Shown piece after piece: positions 1 through 12,010 of a stretch of DNA of 64,000 bases (within the stretch, counting starts at the first letter, position 1; each line of letters starts with the position of its first letter). The notes beneath the pieces were generated by a model, which worked only from the letters and a program-made list of their open reading frames with translations, made no database searches and was not told where the DNA came from. The translations under genes were made by a program, and so were the position numbers. The stretch comes from Podarcis tiliguerta (taxonomy: Eukaryota). The stretch lies in assembly GCA_965153285.1 (NCBI GenBank), contig OZ229110.1; one strand, given 5' to 3'.

Positions 1-139
1 GTTACACTTTAATGGGACGATGTTCACTCTCTTTAATAGTGAACTTAGGTGGTGAGTGCTGACAGAAATGGAGCCAAAACAGGACCACTGATGGACAAAA
101 TAGATTATTTGGGGAACTCGGAAGATTTCATAAGAGTGT

Positions 140-518
140 ATGCGTGTGACGCTGTAGTCTAAACCACTGAACCTCTTGGGCTTGCCAATCAGAAGGTTGG
201 TGGTTCAAATCCCCACGACAGGGTGATCTCCCATTGCTCTTTCCCAGCCTCTCCCAACCTAGCAGTTCAAAAGCATGCCAGTGCAAGTAGATAAATAGGT
301 ACTGCTGCAGCAGGAAGGTAAACAGCATTTCCATGTGCTCTGGCTTCTGTCATGGTGTCCCATTGTGCCAGAAGCAGTTTAGTCATGCTGGCCCCATGAT
401 CTGGAAAGCTGTCTGTGGACAAACGCTGGCTCCCTCAGCCTGAAGCAAGATGAGTGCTGCACCCCATAGTCACCTTGATGGAACTTAACCATCAATGGAT
501 CCTTTACTTTTACCTTTA
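140..518 (+). mobile_element. Sauria SINE (lacertid POM-type), near full length
   Basis: Recognisable head gctgtagtctaaaccactga..ggttcaaatcccc, body cctagcagttcaaaagca..gtgcaagtagataaataggtac..aggaaggtaaac, and (ACCTTT)-type tail. Confidence 0.85.
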
Positions 519-808
519 TCTATCTGTCTATCTCCCAGTGAGCAAAAGAATCTCCCCAAACAGCCAGTGAAAACTGCACCTACTCAGGAGATACAGAATT
601 CTGAATGTCAGTTAGAAAATAAACATGGAGGTTGGCGGGCGGGTGCGGATGGAGAACAGAATACTCTCCTTGGAAGGCATGGCCCTCTGGAACCATGAAC
701 AGGAGCACACCTTAGGAGATGAGGAGACCCTGCAGCATCTAGTATGCTCTCATACTGAGTGGGCCAGGGGCCATTGTGTAACCTGCTCTCTGTCTGTTCT
801 GTCCCCAG

Positions 809-3800
809 GATGTGCAGGTCCCCGTGTGCCCACTCTGCAGCATCCCGATCCCTGTCAAGCGGGGAGAGATGCCTGACATTGTGGTGGGAGCACACATTGA
901 CCAGGACTGCAAATCGGACCCAGCTCAGCGCAAGCGCAAGGTAAGAGGCTTCATCCGTCCTCTCTGCTGCCTCTTGTGGGACACGTTGCTTTAAGTCCAA
1001 CAGAATCAGATAGATAGACATACAACAGTTGGATACAACCTTAATTTTGTGTTTTTCTATGCATATAGAAATATAATTTCCTTATAAATTAATATTTAAA
1101 CATATACACACACAAAATCTGATATGCCCTGTACTCTGGATTGTGTGTCTCAGCAGACTCTGGGTTCCACAAGCAGGTTTGGGGCCATTATTCAGTGATA
1201 GAGTGTGTGTTTTCTTACAAAAAAGTACCTGTAATTTCCAGGTCAGGCTGGGAGAGACCCCTGTCCCAAACGCTGCAGAGTCTTTGCCAGTCAATCAGCT
1301 AGATGGACCAATCATCTTGATATAACACAGCTTGCTATGTTCCTATGCAGTGTGGTCCAGATGGTTAGGGGTCCTTTCAATGGCAGAACTGTGAGCAACC
1401 CACAGCTAGGGATTTCTGTGGGTCTTTCTCTGGAGGGTATCTGAAGGGCTGGGATAACGGATGAGCTGTGCATCCAAACTGAGTAGCACAAGTGAGTTTA
1501 GACTGGCTGCAGAGTTCAGACTGGCTATGAGCCAAATTGGGGCCAGCCAAGTTAGAAGAACAAGCTTCAAAACAGGGATGGGGGAAATGTGTGGCCCTCC
1601 AGATATTGTTGGACTGCAACTCCCATTAACCCCAGCCAACATGGCCCATGGTTAGAAATGATGGGAGTTGTAGTCCAGCAGCATCTGGAGGCCTGTTCTT
1701 GGGGATTACTGTAATTTGGATGTAATTTCTCATTGGTTAGAGGCTTGCAGTTCGGCATTTCATTGTCATTTGGGCAGTCCAGGACCTCCATGCACACTGC
1801 CCAGGCTTGCGCCCCAGAGAGGTCACTTCGCAATGAGCAAAGGTCTCTTGTATGCATTTACAAAGCAGCTGTGTCCTGGGTGCCCTCCCCCCCCCAACTG
1901 TCTTGAATCACAACTGTGTCCATCTGCCTAGATCTTTACCAACAAGTGTCAGAGGCCTGGCTGCAAGCAACGAGAGATGATGAAGGTTTTGTGTGACCAG
2001 TGTCACGGCAACTTCTGCCTCAAGCACCGACACCCACTGGATCATGATTGCGCTGGCCCTGGGCATTCCCTCTCCAAGGCAGGGTAAAGGCGGGACAGAG
2101 GGCAGGGCTGGGCAAAACACTTGGCATGTGCCAGACACATGCCTGCAGCCATGCAGTAATGCTGGTGTGCATTCTTCAAGAGACATTGGTTTCCTCCCCA
2201 TCCTTGGTTGTTCCAGCACACGATTTGGGGACCTGTGGCCCTCCAGATGTTGATGGGCAACAGTTCACATTGTCCCTGAAAGGATAGTGCTGGAGTGGAT
2301 TCTTGCTAGTCTCAGGGGAAGGGGGAAGGGCTTGCTGCAATAGCGAGAGAGGTCTCCTGTTACCAAGAGTTACGTTTCCCATTTCAGGAGTGCCGCGATT
2401 GCCAGAGCTCAAAAACCTGCCAAAGCACCTACAAGCACTACACCCAGCAATGGAGCCACGAGAGCTGCTGCAGCTCTGCCAACCTCCAGCAGGTACAATA
2501 ATTGCCCGAGTCTGCGTTGTCCCCTACCCTTTCTTCTTATAGCAGCTAAGCCTACTGTACAGCTTCAGGAAGCACTGCACAAGCAACTCCCAATGGACGC
2601 AGGGGTTACGTTCCAAGGCACCCTGATGGATTATCCCTGGGGATTTTCCCTCTCCATCTTACACGCCTCACAAGTAGTGACAGTTGACATCTTTTTTTGC
2701 ACACAGAGCCAGTGAGATGGCAAGAGCACCTCCTCCGCCACAAAGCATATCTCCTCCGGTGGTTGCCCTGCAGAATGGATTGGTAAGTCCTGGCCAGCAA
2801 ACTGGGTATTTACACCATTAAACACAGTCTGTTGCCTTTTCCATTGCACATATGCCACTCTCCAGGTAAATGGCTGCAAAGCTGATATATGTTGGTGGGA
2901 TCACATTCCAGAGTATCCTGGGTGATTTACATAAGAGAAAACAAATGGCTTGCAAAACTGCTTGCAGTCTTAAGCAGGAAAAAATGGGAATAAGACAGAA
3001 ATACAAAGCTGTGTGTTTCCTGGTTTAAGACAGTAATCTGAAAACAGTTTTAAGACTGCAATCCTAGACCCACTGAGAATAATCCTCATTAAAATTGATG
3101 GTGCTTGCTTCTGAGATATATAAACTCCCTCTAGTGAAAACCTCCACAGTGGGGTAGAAGAGCTGAAAGAAAATTCACACCTTGCAACCAATGCATCCCT
3201 TTGGTTTGATAGTACATGGGTAGATGAGTCTAAAAAGTCTGGCCCTCTAGGGGCTGTGGTGGCTCATTTACCAGAAGTAATATTTTTAGTGTTCACTCTG
3301 GAAGTGTATAGTCGATTCTGACCAAACTATGCCTCGTAGGGTACAATATACATCTGGAGGCTTAGTTTGGTCTTGGCATATGCTTTGCCCTGTACCTATA
3401 AGCTGCAAGTTGCTGAGGCTGTTAGCCTCCTCCACGGCAGGCTGAATCTGCTTTTGTGTTTCAGAGTGAGGAGGAAGCGCTGCAGCGAGCCTTGGAGATG
3501 TCCCTAGCAGAGGCAGTGCCCACCCAACCACAACCCCGCAGGTACAGCACGGTTGCGCCAGCCCTGCAGAGATCAGCTGGCTTCGGCACCACTGTGCCAG
3601 GCTGCCTGCTTGGAATCTGCATATATGGGAGACTCTGGCAGAGAATGGAGGGGGGGAGGCTGTGTTAACATTCATGTGCCCAGAGGACTTTTGACATCAA
3701 TTCCAGTCCTCTGAGTGTAAGGAGAGCCTGCTGGATCAGGCCACTGGCCCATCTAGTCCAGCAGATGCCTGTGGGAAACCGGCAAGCAGGACCCGAGCTG

Positions 3801-5073
3801 GACCCCACTCTCCTCCTGTGGTTTCCAGTAAGTGGTATTGAGTAGCATTACTGCCTGCAGCTGTGGAGGCAGAGCATAGACGTCTGTGCTGCTTAGGCCC
3901 TCAAAGCATTAAATACAGATCTAAATGTGGTGAGATCACCGTGTGCACACCAACATACTGACCTCTGCTTGGAGGTTTTTATTATTTAAATGGAATGCAA
4001 GTTCTTGTTAAAATAAATCACTTCCCTATCTCCGGAGGAATGTGCCAGGAAGTTGCTGGGGGTACAGATTCTTAATTGTGCAGCATGCCTGACTCATCCA
4101 GTCCTGTGTCTCAAACAGCGCCCAGGAAGAGGAAGACCTTGCACTGGCTCGGGCCCTGGCGGCCAGCGAGGAGGAATACCGGCGGCAGCAGCAGCAGCAG
4201 CAACAGGTGAGCAAGATGAGGCGATTCCCACAAAGTCGCTTCTGATCCTCCTCCTGCACATAGACTCTGCCAATGTACCAAGGCTTCCTTGTGAGTAAAA
4301 GAGGACAAGCTCATCAAGGAAGTCCAAAGCCAAACCAGCCAACTAGAGCCCAAATCAGATCAGCTGCCTTTAGGGTCTTTTCCTATCAGCTTTTACTGTA
4401 TATAGAACTCTGGAGGCCAGATGCTCCTAGGTTTGGTAAATGCTTTTAGATGCAGGGAGGAGTAGGTTAACTAACTACACTGAATCATCCTGTCAGCTTG
4501 GGGAGAAGCAGGTATCCCAAAAGGTTAGACAGACTTGTGCACTGCAGATTTTTTCACATAGATTTAAATCTAACCCTTGGCCACCAGTCCTGTTTGCAAG
4601 TTGGGATTACAGAAAGATGGCCCTTTCCCTCTCTCCTTGCAATATATTGTCGTCATCCACTTGCTTTTATGCCACTTGCCCTCAAAACGGTGCCCAAAGC
4701 AGTTCACAAAATATCAAGTGAACAATTAAGTATAACCATTTAATATCTATATTAGAAATAATATCATCAATAAGTATAGCCATTCAAGTTTGGTTGTTTT
4801 AGACAACGTGATTTCACAGCTTAAAACAAAACAGGTGAGAGAGTAATGCCCTCCCCCATCATTTTATATATTTTATATATAATCATAGAATGTAAAGCAG
4901 TGTGCTTTGTGCATGTGGGGTGGTGTAAGGTTCTTCTGGTAGAAAATGGCCACTACTTTCTTGTTGGGCAGGGAGGGAAGGATGTGCTGCCCTCTCTGGC
5001 TGTTCTTACCCTCAGCATATTTGTGTCCTCCTAGGCTCGAAGCACAAAGCCCTCCAACTGCTGTCTGTCCTGA
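809..5073 (+). CDS. ZFAND2B: AN1-type zinc finger protein 2B (AIRAPL), 5'-partial; 7 coding exons in window
   Basis: Exons 809-940, 1932-2083, 2388-2492, 2707-2782, 3465-3541, 4119-4206, 5035-5073; all AG/GT bounded and phase-consistent. Translation: DVQVPVCPLCSIPIPVKRGE..HIDQDCKSDPAQRKRK / IFTNKCQRPGCKQREMMKVLCDQCHGNFCLKHRHPLDHDC (AN1 finger) / ...ALQNGL / SEEEALQRALEMSLAE (UIM1) / QEEEDLALARALAASEEEY (UIM2) / ARSTKPSNCCLS* (CaaX). Matches human ZFAND2B architecture and synteny with ABCB6/ATG9A. N-terminal exons lie upstream of the window. Confidence 0.96.
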
Positions 5074-5212
5074 GCACAATGAGACGCTATCAGCACGTGG
5101 ATCGTGCCTGGTCACCATGGTTCTTCTGTCCCCACCTGGGTTACCTCCTTCTGCCGCTCCCTCAGGACTACTAACAATGAACCAAAGGCTGAACTCCCTG
5201 CCTGGTCCTCAT

Positions 5213-5216
<4 letters not shown>

Positions 5217-5259
<43 letters not shown>
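5217..5259. repeat. (CT)n microsatellite in ZFAND2B 3' UTR
   Basis: Direct reading. Confidence 0.95.
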
Positions 5260-5262
<3 letters not shown>

Positions 5263-8200
5263 GATACACAGCTGTCACCTTGCACTGTGACCATCATACA
5301 CCTTCTGGGGTAGCTGGCAGTATTTCTCCCCCTGGATGGAGCAAGTGGTAGCCCTGGGGTAGGGTTCCCAGTCTTTCCACCAGAGCCGTGGCTGCCATAG
5401 GTCACAGCAGTGGAAAGGGGGAGTGGAGTGGCCGGCAGCACTGGCATCAGTTGGGTTAAACCTCAAACTGTCAGCTGTGTAGGGGAAGGTCTTACTGCTG
5501 TGGGGAGTTTGAAAGAGAGGCCCCCACTCTCTTAGCCTGTGGCAGTCCCAAAGCTGGACAGTAGGTGGTGCTAAACGCTTTGTAGAGAGCTTTCTCCCCA
5601 CCTTATTCTTGGTGCTGCTGGGCTTCCTCTTGCTACCTATCTGTTTAGGGGAAGCTGTGGGTGGGGAGATGTCTTTCTAAAGTTTATCTGTCAAATACTG
5701 GTGCTGCTGCTGCATCAGAAGCAACAGCAGGGACATTCAAATCATGGGAAGCACAATGCAACGCCCAGGTCCTCCAGGAAGAGGCGGGATTCGTGATAGT
5801 CACAGCGAGCAAAGGACGAGATCTCTGGGGCCTGTTCCATGTAATCCCTTTCCCTGCTGAGAAGACGTGTCAGGATTCTCCCCTTCTCTGTGTTTCCTGA
5901 CTAAGGCTGTTTTTGCCAGCACCCTTCATAGAACTGTAGAGTTGGAAGGGACCCTGACTTCTCCGAATGTCTGCCAAAGATCAGCCTTGACCGACCGATC
6001 GTCCACCGGCTGCCCTGTAATGCTAGGGAAGGGAGATCTCTGCTTCCAGTAGACGGCCAGCTTCTCTTAGACTGCATGTTGGCAAAGCTGGCTGGCCCCA
6101 AGCTGCACCCATACCTCAGTGACCACATGGATGTCTTTCTTCTGTCTGATGCATGCTTTGATCAGGCACTGTCTTCTACCAGATGTATAAAAGAAAATGT
6201 TTGTTTTTTACAGCCTTGGGCTTCAGCTGTATGCTGTGCAGCAATTATTAAAGTCCCTCCCTCTGCAGGGGCCACTGCATCATCCAGCAGTCTGTGCCTT
6301 TGCTATTATCACCTCCAGTGTTGTGGGAGGAAAGATGTGAAGGCAGGGCATTGTGGGAAAGCTGGTGGGAGCCAATAAAGTCACAGATAGAACCAGTTTG
6401 TCCTTTGCTTTCATGTTCTTTGTTTTTCTGGAGAGTACACAATACGTTCATCCTTTCCAGATGGTTGTGGGTGGGTGGGTGGGAAGGAGTTTGGATTTCT
6501 CTTAAGAAAATGCTCAGCATTTGGGAGTGGGAATAGCAATTCTAGTCTACTGTCCCCCTGTGCTGCTCAGGAGTAGCAGGGCAAAGCGTGTAGACTAGTC
6601 CAGGGGGATTAACTTCACGCCAGGCAATTTTTAAGTCATGATTTATGGTAACAACATTTTCTAGTTGTTTGTTTTTTAATCAAGTTTCCATTTCGACATG
6701 CATACGCTTCCAGAACAAGCATGCACATTATCTGGTTGCCAAAAGAAATAAAATCAATTGATTTGCAGTGAAAGAGAGCCTTTATGCAACCTAAAAGCCC
6801 AGTTCAAATCCTTTGGTCATGCAACCCAATATTATATGCTGAAAGACCAGACTTGCTCTCTTTTTCTTCTCTCTGTATGTATGCATGGATACTAAGGAAG
6901 ATGCTTTGCTTAAAGGCTGATGCACGCTGATCTGAAAGTAAAATTTTAGAATTGAACAAAAGCGCATGGATAGGATCGGGCTGCAGGGGCCTTCTAAAAT
7001 TTCATAAGCAAGGGCTCATCGTGGGCAAAATAAGGTTCATTCAGGACTTGGGCAATAGCTCCCAATGCTCTTTCAGTGGTAGAGTTGTATATGTTCATAA
7101 CTTGAAACTGAACACATTGCATAGCTGAGATAGGTGGATAGTATGCAGTTGGAAAATGGCTCAGTGGATGATTAGGATGGCATCTCTTGGCTCCTCATGC
7201 CTTGGATAAGCCTGGATCCAGCAGGAAGCCCACAATCATAAATGCAGTATTTTATTTTTATATTTGTTTTCTACATAGATGTGCACCTGAAGTATCAGGT
7301 GGCAGCTGTGTTTGGTTTTCTTTCTTACATAGCTCTGTGGGTGTGATTAACCTAGTGAAACGTTTCAACAGAAGTTCTCAGCAATGGGACTCCCTTCCTG
7401 TGCTTCCAAAAATCGGCACTGGAGATGGTCAGGAGAACCCCCAGAACAGTGGGGGAGGGGGATCATTCCATCTGGCAAGCTGATACACTCGCACAGACAA
7501 CATTCTTAATAGTGCAATGTTGGATTGGCCCATTGTGTTTGGTGCAACTTAGTTGTAAGCTTTGAACATTTTAGCTTTTTTATTTTGAACTCAAGTTTTT
7601 TGTTAATAAAGTTATTTTAGCCAATATACATATAAAACATTGAATTAAAATAAAGCTTTTCAATATTTTAAATTGCCAGGAATGGGGAATGATTAAACAA
7701 AAAGCTTTTTGATATTTTACAGCAACTATAACAGCATAGCAATGTTATCTGAGGATGGAGCAGGTGGATGCAGGGATATGGTCCCAGCAGCTGTCATTTG
7801 CAGCATAGTTAGGGCATCTGCCTAGAGAACGGGAAATGACCTTGAGCTAAAACAAGCCTTCAGGACATGGCAGGCACCAAGCTGAACCCAGCCCACCTGC
7901 CATCCAAGGCAAACCTTCACAGGACTGAAATCTGTATTTCCTGCCTTCCTGAGATGGGAGAAATGGAAGGCTGCAGAACACTTGGGAGGCAGCCGTAGGC
8001 AGTTGATGGGCTGCGTTTGGCTGCCTGCATCATAAATGGTGCAGGTTTGGCCTAAAACGTTGAGGGGTGTCCGATTCGTACACTAACATCGGGTGCATCA
8101 TCAGTGCTGTATATAAAGGAAGTGCATATTTGCAGTGGGGTGAATTTGGGCACTTGATGCAGCACTTTCTAATGCTGCCAGATTCACTTGCACCACTATT

Positions 8201-9779
8201 CATACATCACATTATCTACAAAGCCCCCACACTGTATGAAGTGGGGGCGACCGCTATGCATCCAATAGCCTATCTGACTTCTACACCATAGGTAGATAAC
8301 CTGTAGCCCTCCATGTGTTCTTTTTTTCTGAAGTTTTCCAAAATTTCACACATGCATTTCAACACATAATAAAACCATTTCCACCCCCAAACTTCCTACC
8401 CACTTTTCCATGGTGTTTCTGTTTCTCGCTCTGCTGCACTGTCTTCTGTCTCTTGAACCTTAACAAAACTACTATAATCTTTAATCCCTTCTGTTGCCCA
8501 TGGTTCAAATCCTGCTTGCGTGTTCATCCTATAATAATATTTAGCCCTCCATATGTTATTGACTACAGTTCCCATCATCCCTGTCCATTGTCCACCCTGG
8601 CTCTGCCTGCTGGGACATCCAGCTCTCAGTACATTACTGCAGTACTTGTGAATGGAACTTGCAGGAATTCTGTGACTGAATGCAGGGCCTCTCCTGGACT
8701 TACTGGACCGAGTCATAGGATGTTGGTGGCAACAGCAGCAGCAACCAGTGTGAAAAATTGCTACTTGAACCAACAGGAAGGACAGAGATCTTCTCAAACG
8801 TAGGGACTTTCAAGTTAGTTGCAAAATTGTTCTAATTTCCTAGGCCAACAACTGTCCCAGATTACTTAAATAGAGGCAGAAGGTGATAAGCCTATAAACA
8901 CACACAGGTTTCTCAACATCACAAGGTGAGAATTAAAGATCAAGGGAAGACAGGGTCAACTTTGATTACTGTAACACTGGACATTTCAAATCTAGGGCTT
9001 AAGTTAATGGGCGATAATTTGATTTCTGTTGTACCAGAAACAACAGCCACTAATCTTTATTTTAAATACTGAAAGAATAAAATCAGTTATCAGTGGTAAT
9101 CTCTTGCTGTGAAAAGAAGAGGCAAAGTGGTTTATTATTGCATTTGTGGTAGGAAAGTTCATTGCACTTTGCAATAGACCAATGAACTTCAGAGGCATTG
9201 CTGCACTTGTTCTTTTCTAAACAACAAAAAACCAGTGTCTGATACTTTTAAAAAATCCAACTCTGTTACATCCTAATTGTCCTTTGTGCTGTGATGTTGT
9301 CAAGCTGAAATGCTCTTGGTCTATTGATTTCTGGAGGTGACCTTCAATTTCTGAAAGTGAGGTTCTACTTTTGTTAATGCCCCCCTCAGCAGCCAGCAGT
9401 GCTGCGACAAAGTGTTAATGTACTCCTCACAACAGAAATAAACATTTCTCCTCCTCTCTTGCACACTGCTATTAATTCCATGCTTTACAATGGCTACATT
9501 CCTGGACGCCCTACACAAGAGAGTTTGGTAACTCCAATTTTTTTCACATTTTAAACTCACTTAAATCATAGCACTATCATGACTACAATAATAAAACAGG
9601 TGTCGCTTCTGTTTCTCAAATGGTAAGCACATTCATGCATGAATAAGTAGCATTTTGTTGAAGAAAGGGATAATGTGTTTTTAAAGAATAATAATAATGA
9701 GCCAATCATCTGTAATCATGTCATGCCCAGCCTGCAGTCCCTTATCTTTCTGTAAGAAGAACGAAAGGAATCCTGTCTT

Positions 9780-9985
9780 TCTTTGGCAATCACTCATAGC
9801 CGAGTAAGATTGTCTTCCATAAACACGGTTTTAACCATGAGTCCGTAAGTGACTGTGGAGGCCAATTCTGGACCCACACGTCCTTCCACAGCGGGGACAT
9901 TGGTTTCCGGGCGGGAGTTGATCACGGTGTGGATTTGCCAAGCCTGCCTTCCTCCTAGCAAGTTTCTCCCTTGCGTTCTGAGTTC
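9780..9985 (-). mobile_element. RTE-clade LINE 3' fragment
   Basis: Minus strand encodes REKLARRK..CPRCGRTCGSRIGLHSHLRTHG*, the C-terminal C2H2 finger typical of RTE-clade ORF ends, then a short 3' UTR. Confidence 0.7.
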
Positions 9986-11199
9986 CAGAGTATAACCAGC
10001 ATGAGTCCTGTTGGGCTCCATCGTGCCCCTTTCCGTCCAAGATGCTGATGCCAGGCCGATTTGCTGCTCCCCCATCTGCCACTCTTGGGATGGTCATTTG
10101 TCCTCCCTCCCCTCAAGCTTCAGGGCATTGGACTCTGGCTCCACGGCCGGCCCTATCTGCAACACTGATGTTCTTTGGCACACAGTGGGACTTACTTCCG
10201 AGTAAACATGCTTGGGTTTGCACTCTATCAGGGTGCGGAACGGGTCAGAAGGCGTCCAACGTGGGGCCTGCAACCGAGGAGAGGGCTCTATTGCTGCCAT
10301 CGTAGGGAGTCCAGGTCGGCGCATGACGCTCTTAGGCAGCCGCAGCAGCAGCAGCTCCCAATTAAGCCTGCAGATAACAAAAACACGAGTGCGCGCGCGC
10401 ACTCTGGGGCAGCCGCCTTCTTCCCGCCCCGTCGGGCCACCGGCTGCAATAACAGCGAGAGAGGGACCGAGCAATGTACGGAACAGTTCAGCGTCGGGGG
10501 ATGAAGTCGGGAGAGCTCTTTCAGCAACCCAAATAATTCGGTTTTCCCCAGCACAGGGCGCGCCTCCGTCCAAGTCATGCTCACCTTCATTCATTCATGA
10601 AAGAGGCCGTTGTTGCCTTCAGGAGCGCAGTGTTCAATATTTACCGACTGTGAACGTGGATTATTTCAATTCAGGTTTAATATGAGGGAAGTAAGTAACA
10701 CGGATCCCACCCGCGAGGTCTCGCCCCTCCGGGTGTGAGCTGGAGACAGGCTTCAAATGAAAGCTTATGCTCAAGAGTTCTGTGCCCCATGGAACGATGT
10801 TTCCATTCATTGGAACGGGAAACAGGAAAGCCACACTAAGCCTTACCACTTCTACTCAGATATAAACCCTCGAAAATTCAACGGGCCAGGTGGGAATTGT
10901 TGCGTAAGATTCTACATCGACTCTCCTTTTTGTGTGTGTGGGAGGGAGAGGTCGACCTGGCTAACTCTCCTGGGTGTTTGTCTATGTCCTACCGATGGTT
11001 AATGATGGCAAACACACTCTCCATACGTTTGGAGGCCCTTTTCTTCATTGTTTCTGTACATTTTTCAGGGCTGGGGCAGTTTAGAAATTTGAAAAATAAG
11101 TGCTTATGCCTTTCCTTGCGTTGCCTCCTTCCTCTTGACCCACGGGCGCCCAACTGGGGGGGTCTAAATCTGTCCTGGTGGATTCTTGTCGTTCTCCGT

Positions 11200-12010
11200 G
11201 TGGAGAGCAGACGAGGGCGCCGGGAGAGGAACGAGCCGCCCCGTCGGAGAGAAGCAGCAGGGGTAGCAGGGTGGGGCAATAGGAGCTGCCCAGGAAGCAG
11301 CAAAAGGGGACGCGGGGCTGGGAGGGACGCAGTCCTTGGCTCCCCCCACCCGCAGCCACCTCCGTCTCCTCCTCCTCCTCCTCTGTCGGGGCAGGGCGGG
11401 GACTCGGAGCCCCGCTGGCCGGGCAGAGCGCGCGGAGCTGCTGCGGGGCGCACGGCGAGGGCTCCAGCCGCCCCATGGCCCCGCTGCTGTTGGCGCTGGC
11501 CGCTGCCTCCCTCGCTTGGCCGTGCGCGGCCGCCCCGTCGGGGAACCGCTTCTCCGAGGCGCGGGTGGCGCGCTGGGCGGCGGCGGCGCTTCGGCACGTG
11601 GCGGCGGCGCAGTGTCCCGAGCGCGGCGGGCTCTTGCCGCGGCCGCAGTGCCAGCGCCTGGCGCGCCTTTCCCAGGGCCCTGGGCCCGCCGTCTATGTCT
11701 CCGAGCCCGCCCGCCCGGGCCACAAGGTGCGGGCGCTGCTGCCCGACGGCTGGGGAGACTGGCCCGGCGCTCCGCCCTTCGTGGCCGGCCGCAACCAGAG
11801 CAGCAGCCCGCTGCGCCCCACCGGCGCGCCCCCCGCGCAAGACGCCATCCTGGTGCTGGACCCCACCCCGGGCGCCAACTTCGGCCACCCGCTCCTTCTC
11901 TTCTATGTCGACTTCAACGTCAGCCCGCGCCGGTGCCGGAGCCGCGACAGCCTCTACGTGGGTAAGTGAATGCCGCATCCTTGGGCCACGCGCGCTCCGT
12001 GGACGACCAC
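11200..12010. promoter_or_regulatory. CpG island over promoter/first exon of the novel gene
   Basis: Very high GC and CpG density against a CpG-depleted background; contains GGGCGG boxes upstream of ATG 11475. Confidence 0.75.
11475..11961 (+). CDS. Novel gene exon 1 (signal peptide, N-terminal domain)
   Basis: ATG in gccgccccATGG context; hydrophobic leader; donor G|GTAAGT at 11961/11962. Confidence 0.9.

Noticed and set aside
9831-10097. C2H2 zinc-finger ORF as a host gene
   Set aside because: Matches the terminal finger of an RTE LINE ORF and is truncated.
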